This document shows, piece after piece, positions 13,301 through 26,900 of a stretch of DNA of 63,201 nt. How positions within the stretch are numbered: the stretch's first letter is position 1; the number at the start of each line of letters is the position of its first letter. Under the pieces are notes generated by a model that was given only the letters and a program-made list of their open reading frames with translations, was not told where the DNA came from and made no database searches. Made by a program: the position numbers and the translations under genes. The DNA is from Rhizaria sp. SCN 62-66 (lineage: Eukaryota). The stretch lies in the NCBI GenBank assembly GCA_001724265.1, contig MEDY01000144.1:1-63201 (forward strand). Direction: 5' to 3'.

Positions 13301-13366
13301 GAGGTAGCGGTCTGCAGCGTGCTCCTCAACAAAGCGCGGAAAGTCTCGCGTTAAGTCAAATGACAT
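10352..13366 (-). CDS. Hypothetical Ala-rich protein (1004 aa) with a poly-Gln tract
   Basis: Intronless ORF from ATG to TAA that fills a GC-rich block between AT-rich spacers. No family motif recognised. Confidence 0.75.
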   Translation of the reverse strand: MSFDLTRDFPRFVEEHAADRYLVSLCASTFPSLLPASSAACASASASASTSQQSAHYVGMLPADFADNVRTLASAGHSLAALVYCLIAGSASCAALALALTTVVPRILPARALAGALAASPAAALAFHASVCSALLLPTRKLASTGITNASATADCVATDYGCGVTPHDTLVFTRTVVTAMNINASLTSPASASAAATANAAASSSSSNSSAVPFSPAHALLLLQSHRCNHPGLALAAIATVSPLFTSIYTPLVNTGLSGSGSNGAGTGSGAGSAGSVCFPCPPYTPPRDGARGGAGAASATLHKPLLVSEAAVPASAAAAAAAAAVAAYAAATRCALALGEYEAAWRCVSVVLTLQPPVVAAAKAGDAADSSLLAAAAARNPAAAAAATAAAVAEAAAKTREIRHQARATAAVLAVLLPHESTLLPVNLKAKGGADRHGYNHGQGHGHGRSAALSLATVTAAGATAAALAGRAGNGTPDEAAAAAAAAGAAAAAEAAAALRAAVLAAAAAVSDKVDSAASAAAGVKVPALYGAYYKESKTDSGSDADVVVAAASAAQQGGAPVVVGSPSADGGGNISGRGRSESEDVMLQHQQHQQQLQLQRYQQQQHQQQQQARASHNNTRNGSSADVITVSAKHPSALTLPSAAFSHSVLVTAAHAYLSNKRSYPALLPAPLPSLAVLTGLGFPAATVTLDLLAALLRPHVLLLRTTHHAVPLAAALAGTYVEAAARKAAENDELPSADQWFDLGVSALARLLSLPALGCAGLAVVDYATKRCVFDFPVSSGAAATNTDAAPPLVAVAAAVSAAAALAASQSALAVASGMRARAAAEAAAETAAVVGLVEAKKKGPKAAQPGAPAARDASAAAAGAAADAGLGAGAGAGAGYMGDDDTAEGAVGAGYLSSDDDYDDDDDNDYAGQPAAGAVGAGGAGREPRSVLRKAAIKAGVLGIRQPAGLRASLQGFTGAFADGGFASGAGGGNAVAQLFEAFVTQASRTSGKRGFSDI

Positions 13367-13962
13367 TTGCTACACAAATCCTCACCAGCAAGGTGGTTGT
13401 GAGCGACTACAATAAATAATATGAAGGTGAAAGGCGGTTGGAGGAGGTGAGAGGGTTGTGCTGACCACAAGAATTTGTAACTCGCGTGTCAAATGAAATA
13501 CGGCGCGGAATACAACATGTTAGAGCAAATATAAAATCAGAATGCAATAGACACTAGCGGCACAGTATCGGGGTTTGCTAAACAGAGCTTCAGGCGGATC
13601 GTATGAGCCTACAGGTTGCTTGATTTTACCAGCACACTCCCAAGGATCAGATCCGCTCCTCGACCATGCGTACCGAAAAAATGTCGCGGTTGACTGCAGT
13701 AATCGGCAAGCAGTTCGCGCCATCGCTATGTATATCAAATGCAGCTACCAACATCCGTTGATAGTAATACGCTTGTGTGACCTGAATATATATTCCTTAT
13801 TTATTTCTGCCACTCAAATAACAGTTCTAAAAACACCCTCTAACCTTTCAAAACCTTTCCCAAACTCAGTCCCTAAACGAGCCAAGCCACTCGCTCCTCC
13901 TGCGATCCCTCTGAACCGTCTGGAGAGTCCCACAGCTTCTGAACTTCGCGCACAGGCCACAA

Positions 13963-16900
13963 ATGGCGAGCGAAGCGCCGCCTATGGCCATGTCCGATGC
14001 GGACCTGCCTTCCAAGCACTTCGTTCCGACCCACGCGGCCGACGACGCAGTCGCATTCGAGCAGAAGCTCGAGCAGCCACTCAGCAATCAGCTGCCCGTC
14101 CAGCCCCAGCAGTAGCCCCCCACCCAGGAGGCGTTGCCCAAGGCTGCACCGGTTACGGGATTTGCGTTTGCCGCAGTTACGGGTTCTGTGCCGCCTGAGC
14201 TCCCGGCAACGGCGTCCTCTACCGCCACAGTCGCCACAGCTCCCGCATTCAGCGCCGTTGACCCCAACTCCGTCGCTGGCGCTGCCCCTGCGACGCCGAC
14301 GGCGGACGCTCATGTCAAGTATGAGTCAAGTGCCCACGCCGATGCTACGCCCACTGAAGCCGCGTCCTCGGCCGCAGACCTTGTCTCGCCGCAGTCGCCG
14401 CCGCAGGTTGAGACAGAGGCAGATGCAAACGTGGATGAGACGGCGCCCCAATCGTCCCCGCGAGGCGGCGGCCGCGGGCGCGGGCGTGGCCGTGGGCGCG
14501 GGCGCGGGCGCGGGCGTCCCCCGGCCGACGCGCGCGATGACGGCGGCGACGGCGACGGCAGCAGCCCGGCCGCGAGCGACTCGCACTACCAGGCCGCGGC
14601 GGCCTCTGCGGCGGCTGCGCGCGCGGCGGCGGCCGAGGAAGCCGCGCTTCGCGCCGTGCTACAGCCGTCGGAGCTGTACACGATCACGCCCAAGATGTTT
14701 CGCCACGGTACGCTGCCGGCCGTGATGCCGCTCGCGCTCGCCCGGCCCGTGGGTGCGCCCGAGCCGACCGCCGTGGCCGAGGCAGAGGCGCCCGCGCTCG
14801 CTGTGCCGGCCACGGTCGCGGGCGCGATCCCGCTCGTCGCGGTACTTGTCGCAAACGCGGTCGCCGCCACTGTCGCTGACCCGACGCTCTTCGCAGACGC
14901 CTCCTCGGGCAGTGCGGCGAGTGCCAGTGGCGAAGACAAGGACGGGGACGAGATTGACTGGCAGCGCGTTGCCGCCGCCTACGGACGTGCTGCTGCTGCT
15001 TCGTCGCAAGCCCGCGCATCCCTTGCTGCTGGTGCCACCACGGACGCGGACGCAGACGAGCTGAAGACGCTGTTTCCACCCAGCCTGACCCCGCGCGAGT
15101 GCAAACGCGTCTGGCGCGCTGCCGCATACGTTGCAGTGCCTAAGCTGCAGACGAACACGCTTTTCACGACTGCGGACGCGGCCTATACGCCCCGGTACAA
15201 GCCCCTGCGGCATTCGCCGTCACAATCGTCATCTCAGCCGCAGTTTCAGTCGCAGTCTCAGCGCTTGCAACGACCGTGCCAGTGTGTGACGGGCATGCGG
15301 ACGCTGCCGCTGACTGCGGGCGCAAGTGCGTTCGCGATGCGCGAGTCCTCCTCGGGGCCTTGTCTGCTCACACCTGGTGCGCTGCCCTGGGGCGCCGGCG
15401 CCGCCGAGGCCGCGGCCGCGGAGGTCGAGTACGCCAACATGGCCGCCCACGCGCGGCGCGTGAACTATGTCAAGAAGCGCAACATCTACAACGTCATTGG
15501 TGGCAACAAAAGCGGCGGTGCCAGTAGCGCGCGCGGCGCCGCAAGTCAGAACGGCGCGGTTAGTGCAGCCGAAAGCAGCCCTTTGAGCGCGAACGGTGAT
15601 GCTTTGAGTGCGAGCGCTACGGCCGCAGCTGTTGACTCGCATGCTGTTAGTGCCAGTTCTCCGCATGCAACGGGCAGTGCCAGTGGCTACGGTGATGGGA
15701 TCGTCGTGAAGACGACGGCGTACAGCACTGACGCCGTGTTTGACTTTAACTTTGCGGAAGCCAAATCTCTTCAATCACTTGTCAAGCCTGCGGCGACGAT
15801 TGACAGTACACTGGCGACAACAAACAAGAAAGGTGGCAATACCACGTGCTCGCTTTGTGGCTGCCTTCGCACTGGCGGCGCTGCCAGCACGACTGCGGCA
15901 ATGACCGACGACGCCGCGGCGAAAGACAACGCCGGCCACGACGGCAGCGAGAGTGACGGCGACCTTTCTGACTACGAGGCCCTGCTCCCCGAATACACGC
16001 CCCCGGAGGCGCTCGAGCCGCACCTGCGCGCCCCGCTCGAAGACGCGGACCCCACGCCAGACAAGCCGGACGCATGCGCCCTCGGCGCGGCGACCACGCT
16101 CACGGGCGCGAGCAGCAGCACCGTGCGCGCGCAGGTGACGAACCCCTTCACGCCGCTGGGCTTCGCCACACTGACACACGCGGCGCCGTCGCCGCTGGCG
16201 TACCTGCCGCGCGCCTCCGTGGACATGTTCCTGCTCGACCTGCAGTCGCGGCCGACGGTGCCCGACCGCATCGCCGCGTGGACCGACGCGGGCTCTGCCG
16301 CGGCGGCAACGAATCATACGGCGGCGCAATCTCCTCCTTCTGATGCCGCTGCAGCTGCTGCGGGTCACAGCGAAAGCTGTCGCAGCGGAAACAGCACTGG
16401 GCGCACTCCGGCGGCAGGCCGGTCCGCGGCCGCGGCGACCGCGCGCGCGATGTGGGTCGTTGCCCGCGCGGCCGCCAACGGCGACAACAGGCTCCCGCAG
16501 GCGCTGGTCAATGCGCTGTCGACGCACAGCAACAGCAGCAGCAACAGCAAACCCGCGGTTAAGAGTGCGGATGGCGCGAGCCCCAACGCTGAGTCAGCCG
16601 GCGCAAGCTCCGGCGCTTGCACCAGTGCAGGCGTTGATGCGAGCGAAAGCGTGAATGCGAGTGCTAGTGATGCTGTGGTCGGTACTGTGGATCTTGCCGA
16701 CGTGGCGCCCGCCGCCCCCGCCACGCTGCCGCCGCTGACTACGCTGCCCATCCCTTTGTTCGGCACGAGCAGTAACAACAATAAGGCCAGCACCACTCAC
16801 GCCGGTCCGAAGTCCAGTGCGAGTGCGAGTTCTGCCAGCTCTGCGACGGAGGGTGACGAAGACGTGACTGTGAGCAATGTCGTGAACATGATGAACTCGC

Positions 16901-19900
16901 TGTCACTGACGCTGCTGGCCAAGGCGGCGCGGAATACCAAACACGCGCTTGTGAACAAGACGCCAAGTTGTATGTCTGACGATGTTGCAGACGCTAAAAA
17001 CACCAGCAACGCCGCCGCAAGTAGAAGCAACAAAAAACCTTGTGCGACAAATGATATGAGTGGCTGTATCACAAGCGGCAGCGGCAGCACGAGTATCGCT
17101 GCCTCCTCCGCGGCCGCGATCAAGTCTACCTTCGCCCTTGGCCACGCCCGCATGCGCATGCAACTTGCACACAACGCATCCAGCGTTCCTTCCCCTGCGT
17201 TGTTTGAGGCCGGCGACGTAAAGTTAGGTCGCACCTCGAAGGCCGCGCGGGTGCTCACTGCGGCCGCGCCAGCCCTGGCAGGCGTGTGGAAGAAAGCAGC
17301 ATCTGCTGCTGCTGCTGCGGCTGCAAATACGACTGATTGTGCAACGAACAACAACAGCAACAACAGCAATGTTTGCAAATCTAGCACGGATACGAGCACT
17401 CGGGACTCAAGTGCCAGCGCCAGCGATTCTACAAGCACAGTGCTGCCTGGCGGTATGACGTGGAAGCAAGCGACGCGTGAACTTCTCTCGAGTGTGAACA
17501 CCACATCGTACAAGGCTCAAGCCGCGCTGTCGTTTCTGCTCGCTCTCGAGCAGGGCCACGTGGCTGCCCACGCTGTGCTCAAGCTTCACCGCATCATCGT
17601 GGCAAAGGAGCGCGCACACCGAGCATCGTTGCGGCGCAACGTCGATCACGCTGTATTGACTGGTGACAAGGCGCACCATGCGCTGCAGCTGGACGAGAAT
17701 GCTTCAATCGAGGCCGCTGAGGCCGCGCTTGAAGCGATCTTAGCCACGCCCAATTTGCCATCGGTCGCTAGTCCTGTTGTCCTCTCGCTCGCGGGCTACA
17801 ACAGCGCCTCACACCCCGGTGAAGATGGCAGATTCACCGCAGACTCGTGGCCGGCGCCGCCGCCACACCGCAAATCCCTCTCGCCCGCCGCCGCGGAGAA
17901 ATCCGCCGTGCAAACGCTGCGGCGCGTTGTGACGGCGGCCGCCGCGGGGCAGGGGCGCTGGCAGGTGGCGCAGCGCGCCGCGTTGCAGGTGCATCTCACT
18001 GCGCTCGAGACAGTGGGCAATGCGGCACACGGCCACTTCGAGGGCCTCGGGGACGAGGCTACGTCTCGGTGCCCGCCGAAGGACGCGCTGTATGCGCTGC
18101 GGCAGCAATTGGCCGATGTGGGGCGCAGCACGAACGCGCTTGCCTCTGTCATGTCGAACCATGCTGTTAACACGAAACCGTACAGTTTGAGCACCATCGG
18201 GTTGAATGGGATTGAGACCGTGGTGACCGCGAGCACCGGGACGAAGGACGTTCTAAGCGTGATGAAGACGGCGCAGTTGGCGATGCATCAACACACGTGC
18301 GGCGATCACACCGCCGCAGCTATCGATGACATGCCATGCGGAGATAATACCGCTGTTCTCAGGTCAGGCAGTGCCGGTGCCAGTGATAATACTGATGGCA
18401 CCGCAAAAAACACGAACTCTGCTGTGAACCACCACTCCGGGGTGGCTGACGAAGAGTCAAAGTCTCTCGCCTCACCCGTGCTATCGAAACGTGATGCTAT
18501 GGTGACCGCAGCCCTTGTCATGGGTGCTGCTGCCGCCCCTCTTGCCCCCAGTTTCAACAAGAACAACAAACTGGGCGTGACTGCGAACGGCTCTGGCAAC
18601 ATGGAATCCGCCCTCGCCGGCAACATCCCCATTCTCCCCATGCTCGAGTGGCAGCGCCAGTGTGCGCTCGCCCGCTGGCAGCACGCGCTCGCGCTGGAGG
18701 CGCGTACGCAGGCCGTCAACATGGCAGTGCGCCGCCGCATGCAAGCCGTGACGACGGCGACTATAGCCACCGCCACGCGCAACGCGCTGACCGCGCAGGC
18801 CCAGGCACACGCACACGCCCAAGCGCAGGCTGAGGCGCGGCTGCAGGCAATGGCGCTTGCGCGCAAGCAGGCGCAGGCACAGGCTGATGCTGAGGCCGCA
18901 GCGGCAGCGGCAGCAACTGTTGCTGCCAAGCTCGAAGTTGACGCCGCGAATGCTGCGCTTGAAAGCACAGACGTTGCTGCTGTCGATGCTGATGCTTCTG
19001 GTGTTGCTGCTGGTGTCGATATCAAGCCCAAGACCGAAGCCATGACCGACGACATCGAGGTCACAGCGGTTGCGGTCTCCGCCAACTCAGTTGCAGGCCC
19101 GTCTCTGAGTGAGATCACGGTCAAGTCTGAGCCCGGGACTGCGCCTGCCCACAGCAGTGCTGTTGCTACTCCTATCAGCAGCATCGCTCCTGCCTCTAGC
19201 TCTCGCCGCACCTCTGCTGGCGGCAGCAACAGCCGCATCAAGTCGGAGCCCCTCAGCACGCACGCCAGCGGCATTGGCGCCAACTCCGCCCCGGCGCCGT
19301 CACCACAGGCTTCACCTGCGCCGCCCGCGCCGGCCCCGCTTCACCCCGGCGCGAGCGAGCTGGCCGCGCAGATCTGGTTCGAGGCCAACGCCGAGGTCGG
19401 GCCCGTGCCCGCGCTGCGCCTGCCGCCGCGGCCCGACCTCGCCAAGCTCTCCACGGGCGCGGCGGAGGTCGCCGTCGCGCACGCAGTCGCCACAGAAACG
19501 GCCGTCGCGCTGCCCGACGCCGACAACCTTTGCGCGTCGCAGCCGCCGCAGCAGAAGCGCGTGGAAGGCAAGCGGGGTAAGACGATCAAGACCGACAACA
19601 ACAACGGCGGCGGATCTCGGTCTACCTCTCCCGTGCGGCGCAACGCCTCCGCGTCCGCATCTATGCGCAGCACGCCCGTCAAGAAGGGAAAAGCGACTGT
19701 CGATGCGTCGGGTGGCCGGGGCAAGGGCAAGGGCGCTGCGCGCAGCGGCAAGCGGGGCAAGGCTGAGTCTGCTCCGAAGACTGCGGCTGACGCTGCTCAG
19801 GGCCGCGGCAGGGGTAACAAGCGGGGCCGCGTCGCTGCTGGTATGCAGGCGGCAGGCGACAGCACCAACGCTGCTGAGGATGGTGATGGCGCTGCTGGCG

Positions 19901-22900
19901 GAGCCAGCGACAGTGACGACGACAGCGCTGACGACGATGGCGACATCACCGACGGCAACAGTGGTGACGACGACGATAGCAGTGTCAGTGGTAATGACAG
20001 CGACGGTGATAACGCCAAGGAGCCGTCACTCCCGCCCAAGTACAGTAACATGGCGCGTTCTCAGTCGAAGTACCCCTCAAAGCCCAACCCTTCTCTCCCC
20101 ACTTTCGACCTCTATTGCTTGCCTCTTGAGGACACGCTTGCCACATATCCTCCCGTTCCCGGTACGTAACCACTCCAACGTAAACTATCTCATTTGAAAC
20201 ATCACATCTGATCTCGGACTTTGCATTTGATCTCATAATATCTCTTTATTACTGCGTATTGTCGTTGCTCTCCTGCATTACTTTCCTTCAGGTGGCTTGT
20301 ATTTCTCGCGCCTACGCCGCGCCGCGGGTCTGAGACTCTCGGCGACCTACCCCGCTGCTGCGCTCCCACCCCCGGCCACCGCGAGCCTGTCCCGCGCCGC
20401 CCTCACGCTTGCTTCCGCGCGCCTGTTGCCGGCGCTCGGCGGCCGTCTGCGCGCGCCGGCCCATGCCTCGCTTGCGCTCCCACTGCCCGTTGCCGCCCCG
20501 CTGGCGCCCACGACGGCGCTTCCGGCCCCTCTGGCCACAGCGCACCTCCGCGCGGTCCCGCTCGCGGCCTCGAACTCGGCGCTCTCCGCGATCGCCGCCA
20601 CGGCCGCCGGCGGCGCTGGGTCCGCATTCCAGGGCGTGGGCCCCGGCGGCGGCGCGGGCGCCCTGGGCGGCGCCACCGCGTTGTCTTGGTCCGTCTCGGC
20701 GCCCGCGTCATCGGTGTCGTCGGCCGCGCAGCTGGCGACGGCGGCGGCGACGGCGGCGGCGACCGCCCCCGCGACGGCCGTCGCCGCCGTGTCGGCGCTC
20801 CACGACGCGATGGCCATGCTCAACAGCATGGCCTCGCCCCAGACCACGATAGCCGCCAACGGCGCGGCCTCTGCGCTCACGGGTGCGGGCGCAGGCACGC
20901 AGAGCTCTGGTGCGCCGACAGTGACGCAGGTTATCTACGGCGGTGGCGTCGCCACGCCCGTCGCCATGGCGCCATACACCCCGCAAATGTACAACTCCGG
21001 ACCCAAAGCTACCTCAGGCAACATCGCCGCCGTGGAGGAAGCCGCCGCGGCCAACGCAGTTGTTGACAGCGGTCGTATCGGCGTCACTGGCTTGTGGGAC
21101 GGCATCGCGCCGCCGCCGCAGGTCGCGGCCGGAGCCTCCGCAGCGGCCGCGACCAACGCCGACGTGGCCAAGATGAGCGCAGCGGCGCTGGCGGCGTTGC
21201 CGTCAGTCGCCGTCGCCGCGATCATGCCGCCCGTGCTCACGCTCGCGCTCGGCGAAACCGGTGGTGGTGCGAAAAAGAGCTCGAACAAGAGCGAGAGGAA
21301 GAATGGCGAAGATGACACTGATAACGAGGGCGAAGACGATGAAGCTCTTTGGATGGCGCGCTTTGCTGCCGCAACGGACTATCTCGCGTCGCTCGACGAG
21401 GCGTGGGACTGCGTCAAGCTCAGCCGCATGCTCCTCTGCCTCCGTCTACGTCTTCCGACTACAGCGGCGGCCGCGGCGGCGAGCTCGAGCCTGCTGCTGC
21501 ACCGGCCGGACGCGCCGTCGCTGGCGCCGTCTCCGCACGCGCTCATGCTCGCCCCCGCGCCCCAGTCGAGCTCGTCCGTCTCGGTCGCCGGCACAGGCTG
21601 CGTCGCCACCTCGAGCGCGGGCTGCGTGCTGCTCACGTCCTCGCTCGTGCCTTTCTCGGCCACGCCGTTCGCGTCCGTGTCGACGGGCCCACTGGGGCTC
21701 TACAGCTCATCGCTCGCCCACGCGGCCGCCTCAGCGCGCGGCGCTGGCGCGGCCACGGGCGTCACCAGCGAAGCGCGCCCGATTCCGCCGGCAGTCACGG
21801 CGCGGCACCGCGGCTGGGTCGCCACGGCGCACGCGGACGCCCTCGCTGCGGCCGCGCTGAGCGTCTCGGCCGGCGAGGTCGCAAACATGCTCCGGCTGCA
21901 GAGCGCTGCCGGCGCGGCGGGCGCGGCGGTGGCGGCGGCGGCCTCTGCGGCCGCGGCCGCCGCGGTGACCGGAACGGCCCGCACCCGCGGCGGCGGCAGC
22001 GTCGACAGTTACGGCCACACGATGACGGACTCTGAGCACGTGCACGGCGCGGCGCAGCACGGAGGCAGCTTTGCCGCCGATGCACCCGCTCCGTCCGCGG
22101 TCGTTGTGCCGGACCTCACGACACTGCTAATGGCGCAGGGAGCGAGTCCAGCGCAGCTGCAGTTCAACGTGCGGCAGCCGGCCGTCACGGGCGCAACGCT
22201 GCGCGGCGGCAGCAACATGTACTACCCGTCGGTGGTCGCTGCAAGCTGCGGCAGCAGCAGCGCGGCCTTGACATCGGCAGTGACGACTACCACAACGACG
22301 ACCACGACAACGACGACGACAACGACCTCATCGCCTGCATCTCGTGTGTCGCACTCTTACTCCCAGTCACAGTCGCAGACGCAGTCCATGCAGTGCGACA
22401 TCTCCGCCGGCAACCCGGCCGCGTCTCTCTCGGTCACATCCGGCCTCGTTGGCCTCGGCCTAGGTGTCGGCGCCGGCATCGCCGTCCCGCCTTGTCTCGC
22501 TCTCTCGGCCGCGTCGGCCAACGACCCCCCCGCCGCGGCCGCTGCCGCTGCAATTGCCGCCGCTCTGCCAGCGCCGTTCGCTTGCTCTGGCGGACCGAAC
22601 AGCGCCAGCGGCGTCGCTGCCCCGGGGAGCGCGGGCGCTCTCAGCAGCGGCGTCACGTCAGTGGACATGTCGCTCCACGCGCAGCTCACTGCCGTGTCTG
22701 GCGCGGCCCCGTTCGTGCCTCTCGTCGGCCCGCACTTGCACTCACACTCACATGCGAGCCAGCACGCGGCCGCTTCTGCGGCTGCTGCTGCTGCTGCGGC
22801 CACCAACACCGCCAACGCTGCGGCCATCAACGCGGCCAACGTCGCCGTGTCTGCCGCGACGACCGCGACGACTGCCGCGAGCGTGCGCGTGGTGCTCGGC

Positions 22901-23431
22901 TGGGGCGACAGCGTGGCCTCCGCTGTGGGCTTCGGCTCCGGCGTCAACGCGATGCCGACCAACGCGTCCTTTAACGCCGCGGCCGGCGCAGGCGTGAGCG
23001 GCGCGGCTCCCGGCAGCGGCATGGCGCACTTCACATCAGTCAAGGTGCCGCCCAAGCGGGCCAGGAAGCCCGCGCAGCGCCAGACGCCGGCGGTGCCAGC
23101 AGCAAAGAAGACCCCCGCTGCCGGCAGGAAGCCGCTTGTGGGTGGTGTGCTGCAGGTAGGGGGCGCGGCCAGCGATGCCGCCCCGAAGAAGAGGAACACG
23201 ATCGCATCTGCAGCGGCCCTCAAGGACAGTGCGGTGCTGTCCGCGTTGGTGCCCAAGGTGAAGACTGTGCGCATGTCGAAGCACATGGAGAGCCGCGCAA
23301 TGATGGACGAACACGTTTCAGCGCAACAAACGCCGCTGGCGTTAGAGCAACCACCGGTGGTCGTTGTTAGTATTGTTAGAAACGACAACGATGTGGCTCA
23401 AACTCCTGTCGCTGAGGGTGAGAACGCTTAA
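13963..23431 (+). CDS. Very large low-complexity putative nuclear protein (~3112 aa) with an RG/AT-hook-like repeat and a possible split Myb/SANT-like domain; exons 13963-20161 and 20292-23431; in-frame TAG at 14113-14115
   Basis: ATG at 13963 is in frame with the 14134 ORF through one TAG. Phase-1 intron 20162-20291 (GTACGT...CCTTCAG) joins the two long ORFs. Motifs RGRGRGRGRGRP and IDWQRV...PRECKRVWRAAAY, plus basic NLS-like clusters. Ends in TAA. Confidence 0.75.
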
Positions 23432-23943
23432 TTCAAAGGCTCTTTCAGTTTCATTGAAGTGAGAAGTGCGTCTGTGTGTCTTTCATTTACATTTTTAATC
23501 TTGGTGATGTGATTGTTTTGCGCTCTCGTCCTTGAGCGCTGCATCTCGTCTTCAGTGATATTAGTAGTCGAGCAACTGGCAACACAGGCTAGTGGCGAGA
23601 AAAGGGGGGGGAGCAAGGGGTAGAACCAAAAACCAAAACTTAACTAGAACATTCCAACGTCAATATACAGATAACTCATCATTTTTACACCTTAATAGGC
23701 TCTATTTTAATATCTATTTTTGTTGTCTTTGACATTGCACATATGAGTGGATCTAGGCTTGGATACTTCTCACAGCCATCCTCCTTCGTCATTTCCCAAC
23801 TCCTCACTCCGGCTCTCTCTACAGCTTCAAGAAAGCGGTACGATATTGTCACCAAACAGTGTGCCTGAGCTTTTCAATAGTGGCAAGCGACACATTGTTT
23901 TGGTTTCTCTCATCTCGCCTGAACTAGGCTCTGGCAGGCCCTC

Positions 23944-26900
23944 ATGCGCCCCACCCACTCACCCGGCTCCGGCAGCAGCGGAAACAACAGCAGTAGCGCC
24001 TCCGCCGCTGCCGCTGATCCTGATGCAGACGCCTACCAGCAACGCCTTGCCGCGCATCGAGCCCGTGCCGCGCACAAGGCTGCACAGACGTTGAAGGAAC
24101 TTGACATTTTCGCCTTCAAAACCACCGGCGACGACGATGACGATGACAACATCATCGAAGCGCCACTCTCCTCGCGGTCTGCTGCGGCAAGCGTTGCTGC
24201 GACTGGCAGCTACCGCGCCGCTCGCACGGCCACCAACGCGTCTAGCCTGGCCTCCGGTGGCTCTGGCGCTCCCCGCGGCAGCCGCAGCCGCGCCACCAAC
24301 CCTGCGAAGACGGCGAGGACCGCGCATCCGCACCTTGGCGCGGCGGCAGGCGACAACGACGCCGCCGACGACGAAGACGACGACAGCGGCAGCGAGAGCG
24401 AGGACGACGCGGACCCCGCGAACCAGGCCTCGTCCTCGTTGCTGGTTGCTGTTCCGGCCGCGTCGGCCTCGGCCGCGGCGTCCGGCGGCGCGCACCCCGG
24501 CTCCAGCTCCACCTACAGCAAGGTTAAGAGCAGCAGCAGCAGCGGCAGCGGCGCCGCCGTGACCAGCGCCGACGGGGACAGCGCGCTGGACATCCCACTG
24601 ACGCTGCTGCGCGAGGCCCTGCACGCGCCGCCGTTTGTGGCCGCGACGGCGACTGCGACACGGCTGCCCGTGCTCTGCGGCCGCCTGCTGCACACCAACG
24701 TCATCAACCCAGGGCTGGTGCTAGTTGTCGCCGGGCTCGCCGTCATCGTGCTGCTGGGCACGGGACAGCTTATTATGCTCAACAGCGCTACGCGCTATGT
24801 CGCCACCGACGCCGCCGCCGCGCTGGCCTTCGCGCCCGAGCCAACCAAGCTGCAGAGGCAGCAGCAGGAGAAGCAGCTGCAGCAGCAACTGCTCCAGCTG
24901 CAGACGCCCAACGGACTCTTTGAGCTGCAACGGCAGCGGCGGCAGCAGAAGCAGCCCTTCGCGGTGCCGCCTCACTCCGACAACGGCGGCGTTGGCACCG
25001 GCGCCTTTGACTTCACCCACAGCGACCTAAGCGGCCACGGCGACGGCAGCTACGGCGACAACGACGGCGCCGGCGGCAGCGGCAGCGGGCTGTTCTCGCT
25101 GATTTCCGGCGGCGGCGCGGGCGGTGTTGGGGCGACGCCGTTTACGCGGAAGCCTTTCCCCGAGCCGCGCGGGCTTCCCGCGGCGGCCTCGGCGGCGGCG
25201 CAGGCGTTTCCCTTCGCCGTCGCGGGCCGCAGCGTGCACGCTGCCGCGCTCGCGGAAAGCCTGCACGAGCTCATTGGCGAGCATGGCGTCTACACGGCCA
25301 GGGGCGCGTATGTCCCGTCCAAGGGGCCCGCGCACGTGGACGGGAGCCTGCTAGAGTCCGCGCAGCAGCACCAGCAGCAGCACGGCGACGGGAGTCACGA
25401 TGCGGCTGCTGCCGGTTCGGCTCACTCGGCTAAGTCCAAGGCCAAGAGCGGCTCGTCGCTGACGAAGCGTCAGGAGCGCGACCACCACCTGCACGTGCTG
25501 CTGACGTCGTCCGTGCCCCCGCCCGCGGCGCACGCGTACGGCGCGTCGCTGCTGTGGTCACCTGCGCTGGGCACCTTCGTGGTGGACCCCACCGACCTGC
25601 TCTCGGCGTGCCCCGTGCTGCCCTTCACGGCCGCCGCGACCACGGTGGACACCAGGCCGCGCTCTTCCGACGGCGGTTACCGCGCCGACGCGGGCGCGCA
25701 TGGCGACGACAAGAGCGTGAGCAGTGGCGTAAGCAGCTTGGACGACTTCGACAGCTTGATGAACTCCAAGGGCGGCCACGCGCCCTCGCCCCTGCCTCCT
25801 GCGCCGTCAACGGGCGCGGTCTCGAGTGCGAGCTCTCTCGGCATCGGCCTTGGTCTCGGCCTTGGTGGCCACGCCGCCGGCCCCCAGCAGAGCGGCCTCA
25901 GCGGCCTCAGCGGCCTCAGCGCCTCGATGACGGGCTACTTCGTGGCCCCGGGCACCTCCATCTGGCGCTCGTCGTCGCTCATCACGCCTATCTCCCCCTT
26001 AGACGGCGCAAGCACCCCACAGCAGCAGCAGCAACAACAGCAGCGGCAGCAGCTGCAGAGTGCCCCCGCAACAGGCATCGGCGCCGGCGCGGCCGCGGGT
26101 GCCAGTGCAGGCGCTGGGATCGAGGTGGCGAGCAGCGTGAGCGTGGCGTTGCCCAGCGTCGACGTTAAGCACAGCTGTCCCGCCGTGTCGCCCCTCGACG
26201 GCGACATGTACATGCCCCTCGCTAAGCCCCTGCCTTCGCACGCGCACCTTTTCGCCAACAGCGGCAACGGCAGCGGCAACAGCCAGTTCTCGTCGCTCCT
26301 AAGCACCGGCGCAAGCGTCATCTCGGTCTCGGCCTCAGCCTCGGCCGCGAGTGCGACCGCCCCGAAGGCGGTGGACGACAGCAGCCTGCTCACGGTCACG
26401 CACAGCGGCGACAGCGTGCTGCACGCGCGGATGATCGACGGCCAGGCATCGCACCCGCTGCCACTCTCCGTCGCGCGCCCGCTCGCCGCCGCCATCGCGC
26501 TCAAGTCGAGCCGCGAGGCCGCCACCGTCGCTGCGCTGCTGCCGCCCGGCGCGCTCGCTATGCCGGCCCCCGCGCGCGTGGCCGCGGCCGCCTCCGCAGC
26601 GGCCGCGGCCGCGGTCGCGAGCGGACGCGCGGCCCACGCGCCCCCGCCGCCGCTGTCGGCCGCGGCTTCTGCGAGCGCGGCGGCGGCGGCCAGCGCCCGC
26701 GCCACCAAGGGCCTGGTGTCTGCGGCGCGGCGCGGCGGGCCCATGCTGTGGCACACGGTGACGGTGCGCAACTGCCACGGCGCGGCGCTGTACCGCGTCT
26801 TCTACCGGCACGGAGACAGCGACATCTCACCCGGATCGCTCGGGCTCGCCGCTGCCGCGCTCAACAGCAGCAGCAGCAGTAGCGGTAACAATCACCTTAA

